Assembly (NCBI GenBank): GCA_052327205.1
Contig: CM126208.1
Coordinates: forward strand, 53,382,001-53,446,000
DNA: 64,000 nucleotides
Direction: 5' to 3'
Source of the DNA: Somniosus microcephalus
Lineage: Eukaryota
A program made the position numbers and the translations under genes. The first letter of the stretch is position 1, and each line of letters starts with the position of its first letter. Positions 61,025-64,000 of the stretch are shown in pieces. The notes below the pieces were generated by a model. The model was not told where the DNA came from. It worked only from the letters and a program-made list of their open reading frames with translations, and searched no databases.

Positions 61025-61891
61025 TATCTCCTCTTTTTTTTAGAGAAACACGAATAATGCAAGCAGAGTAAGCTTGGAGGGACAAGGTGACTGCCTGAAC
61101 CCTCCACCAAGTACCTCGGGTATTATTCTGACCCAATGAGGTGTCTTGGTTCTTAAGCTATTCATGTTGCAAAGTCCTGGAGGTATGAAGGAGGATTGCG
61201 GACCCTTTCAGGGCATCGTGTGGAACCCGATGGAGGTGGGGTATCCCCTGTGGGTGGAGGAGACGGAGGTGGGGTATCCCCTGTGGGTGGAGGAGTTCCA
61301 GGACCCACATCCCCATTGTAGTCATCGGGAATGGAAGGCTCATCAGCAGCGTCTGGGGGCTGCTGGGTAAGTGCGAGGTGTCTGCGGTTCCTGCGAACAA
61401 TCTGGCCCTGGATATCAACCAGATACGATCTTGGGGTGTTGGCCTGTCCTTGCATAATGCCTCTTTTGCGGGAATCACGTATCCACACTTAGTCACCTGG
61501 AAGGAGTGGACACCAGGGCTTAGCTCTGTGGCGACTGTTAAAGTTGGCCTGTTGTCTTAGTTTAGATTGTTTGTCCTTGTCTGTAAAATTCTGGAGGTCG
61601 GGCCAGCCTGGGGTCAGGAGTGATGGCATAGTTGGCATGGTTGTACGAAGTTTTCTGCCTTGTAGCAACTCAGCAGGGCTGAATCCGCTAGAAAGAGGTG
61701 TGGAGCGGTATGCAAGGAGTGCCTGGTATGGGTCAGGTGACTTTTTAAAAAGCTGTTTGGCTGTCTGGACAGCGTGCTCGGCAGCCCCATTGCTTTGAGG
61801 ATACAGAGGACTGGATGTGACATGGGTGAAGTCCCAGCTGTCGGCAAATGAGCGAAAGGTGTCCGAGGCAAATTGGGGGCCATTATTATAG
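61025..61891 (-). mobile_element. Gypsy integrase 3' fragment with PPT
   Basis: NGPQF, HVTSSPLYPQSNGAAE, SPAELLQGRKLRT, TPRSYLV, RRNRRHL; AAAAAAAAGAGGAGA. Confidence 0.85.
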
Positions 61892-62571
61892 TGTATGTAC
61901 ATTTAAGGGGAGAACTACTTTTTACAGCTCCTGTATACTGTAGTACCGGCAGTGACCACACCTGTATATATACCCTGAGTAGGGAGCTGTACTGTTAGTT
62001 TTAGAGCAACCCTCATGCAGTAAACACCTGTTGATTGTTATCTGCAGCCTCTGTCGATTATTTGAAGGACACACTACCTAAAGATTCACGGATTTAACAC
62101 TGGCGATGAGGCGATTCGAACCTACCTGCAACTCTGCAGAAGACTTATGTTCTTATGTTCTTATGTTCTTATGTTAGAAGGCCGATTCCATCAGTGCGGG
62201 CGTCGACCATCCTGAGAGGACTTGAGCAGGCAGAGGAGGTTGTGGAGAGCTGGGCTTGGTTCTCCAGCCGCGACAATCCAGCGCAGCGGGCTGGCAGCAG
62301 GTACGGCGCAGACCCTTCCCGGACAGCGGCGGCGGGAGCTGACCGATGGCACAGAAAAAGGCCGAGCAGCGTCGACGGGTAAGAGAGAGGGTAAAGTGCA
62401 CAGGGCGCAGCGGGGTTGAAGACCGAGTGGCACCGAAGAGAGAGGGTGAAGCGCGCAGGGCGCAGCCAGGGATGAAGACCGAGCGGCATCAACGAGAGAA
62501 GCGCGCAGGAAAACGCGCAGAGCGCGGCCGGTTTCAAGGACTGAGCAGCGTCCGCGGGGGAAGAAAAGAAA

Positions 62572-62724
62572 GCGCGGGAGACGCCATTTGGGCTGCAGCG
62601 GAGAAGAAAGGGACGCGCGGGAGACGCCAATTTGAGCCAGCGGAGAAGAAGGGAGAGCGCGGGAGACGCCATTTCGAGCCAGCGGAGAAGAAGGGAGAGC
62701 GTGGGAGACACAATTTTTAGCCAG
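62572..62724 (+). repeat. 42-bp tandem repeat (about 3.6 copies) in the leader region
   Basis: gcgcgggagacgccatttcgagccagcggagaagaagggaga. Confidence 0.85.
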
Positions 62725-62741
62725 TCTAACCACACCCAGGG

Positions 62742-63740
62742 ATGCAGAAGAGTGGCAGGGTCACAGCGTTCGACAATTAAGTCGAAGATTGTGCGACGTA
62801 TGTAGAACGCATAGAGGTGTACTGCAAAGCGAATGAAGTGCCAGATGCCAGGAAAGCCCTGGTATTGTTGAATTCCATGGGTGCAAAAACGTACGGCTTA
62901 CTGCGAAACCTAGTCACCCCAGAGAAGCCAGTGGAAAAGGATTTTGAAAGCATAGTGGCAATCCTACAGGACAACTTAAACCCCACACCGCTGCTGATAG
63001 CAGAAAGATTTAAGTTTCACAAAAGGAACCAGCATAAAGACGAAAGTAATGCTGAGTATTTAACGGAACTGCGCCAGCTATCGGAACTGCGCAAGCTATC
63101 GAAACACTGCCAGTTTGGAACGGGACTAGCAGATACTTTAAGGGACAAGTTTGTGTGTGGGCTTCAAAGTGAAGGAACCCAGAAACGGCTTCTATCAGAA
63201 AAGGATCTTACGTTGGACAAGGCTTTCAACATGGCAGTATCACACGAAGCAGCCGCACGGGGCGCTGCAGAGATACAACGGAAACCGCAAGAATATGGCA
63301 CAAATGAAATGTCATATGGAGCAGTGAAGTGCTATCGCTGCGGCAGAACAACACATGACCATAAGGATTGTTGGTTCAAGGACCAAGTGTGCAGACAGTG
63401 TGGAAAAGTTGGACACATAGCAAGAGTCTGCAGGTCGGGAAAGAAAACCAGCAGCAAGAAATCTCCACAGGAGAAGTACAAAAAGGTACATAAGGTGACG
63501 GAGAGTAGTTCAGACGAACAGAAAAGTGATACAGACTCCGGAAGCAAGGAGCTGGGTTGCCTGAAACTACATAATGTAATCAAAATGGAGGATCACCAAA
63601 CTATCTGGGTCACGCTCAAGATAGACGGAGTCCAAGTGAAAATGGAATTGGACACAGGATCAGCCCTAACAGTCATAAACCGAAGGGACTACAAGCGGCT
63701 ATTCTCACATATACCCTTGAGAGATACAGAGATTGTCTTG
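62742..63740 (+). pseudogene. gag: gag-protease with an early TAA
   Basis: MQKSGRVTAFDN*VEDCATYVERIE, AERFKFHKRNQ, two CCHC knuckles, MELDTGS. Confidence 0.9.
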
Positions 63741-64000
63741 AAACATAGAAACATAGAGATAGGAACAGGAGTAGGCCATTCGGCCCTTTGAGCCTGCTCC
63801 GCCATTCAATGAGATCATGGCTGATCTTCGTCTGAGATCATAGCTGATCTTACCAGTTCAGTACCCCGTCCCCGCCTTTTCTCCGTAACCCTTAATCCCC
63901 TTAGCCTTCAGAAATATATCCAATTCTCTCTTGAAAATATTTATTGAATTAGCCTTCACAGCCCTCTGTGGCAGGGAATTCCACAGGCTCACCACTCTTT
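63741..64000 (-). mobile_element. CR1 3' end
   Basis: (aaacatag)n tail and 3' UTR. Confidence 0.9.

Larger units (their letters stand above)
61892..63740 (+). mobile_element. Mag-like Gypsy element, 5' part (LTR 61892-62099, PBS, gag-protease)
   Basis: TGTA...TAACA LTR with AGTAAA; PBS TGGCGATGAGG (tRNA-Ser-like); interrupted by a CR1 at 63741. Confidence 0.85.

Noticed and set aside
61212-61273. 33-bp duplication in the integrase tail (also an 18-bp duplication at about 63065-63100)
   Set aside because: Ordinary slippage duplications in decayed elements.

Overview
This is eukaryotic genomic DNA, not a prokaryotic locus. The repeat families (HE1-type V-SINE, Deu-domain SINE, CR1/HER1 LINEs, Penelope, Rex1) point to a cartilaginous fish (inference). 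Most of the window is nested transposable elements: at least six LTR retroelements, including a near-complete Mag-type Gypsy (23785-28685) and a CsRn1-type Gypsy (40560-45115). It also holds solo LTRs, two adjacent two-gene PIF/Harbinger transposons, non-autonomous Harbinger derivatives and MITEs, a Penelope element with an open 603-codon frame, and many LINE/SINE fragments. The non-repeat islands between them contain about 12 minus-strand, mostly phase-compatible exons of a decayed multi-exon gene (about 4567-57029) that I cannot name and that the ORF track misses. Other highlights are a retrovirus-like element with a UGA-CUAG gag-pro junction, collapsed pol, a 1.38-kb LTR and no canonical PBS; minimal hammerhead ribozyme motifs in Penelope ends; an 11-residue repeat in a Harbinger Myb partner protein; and a 259-bp near-perfect palindrome. 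All calls were made by eye, with no database searches.
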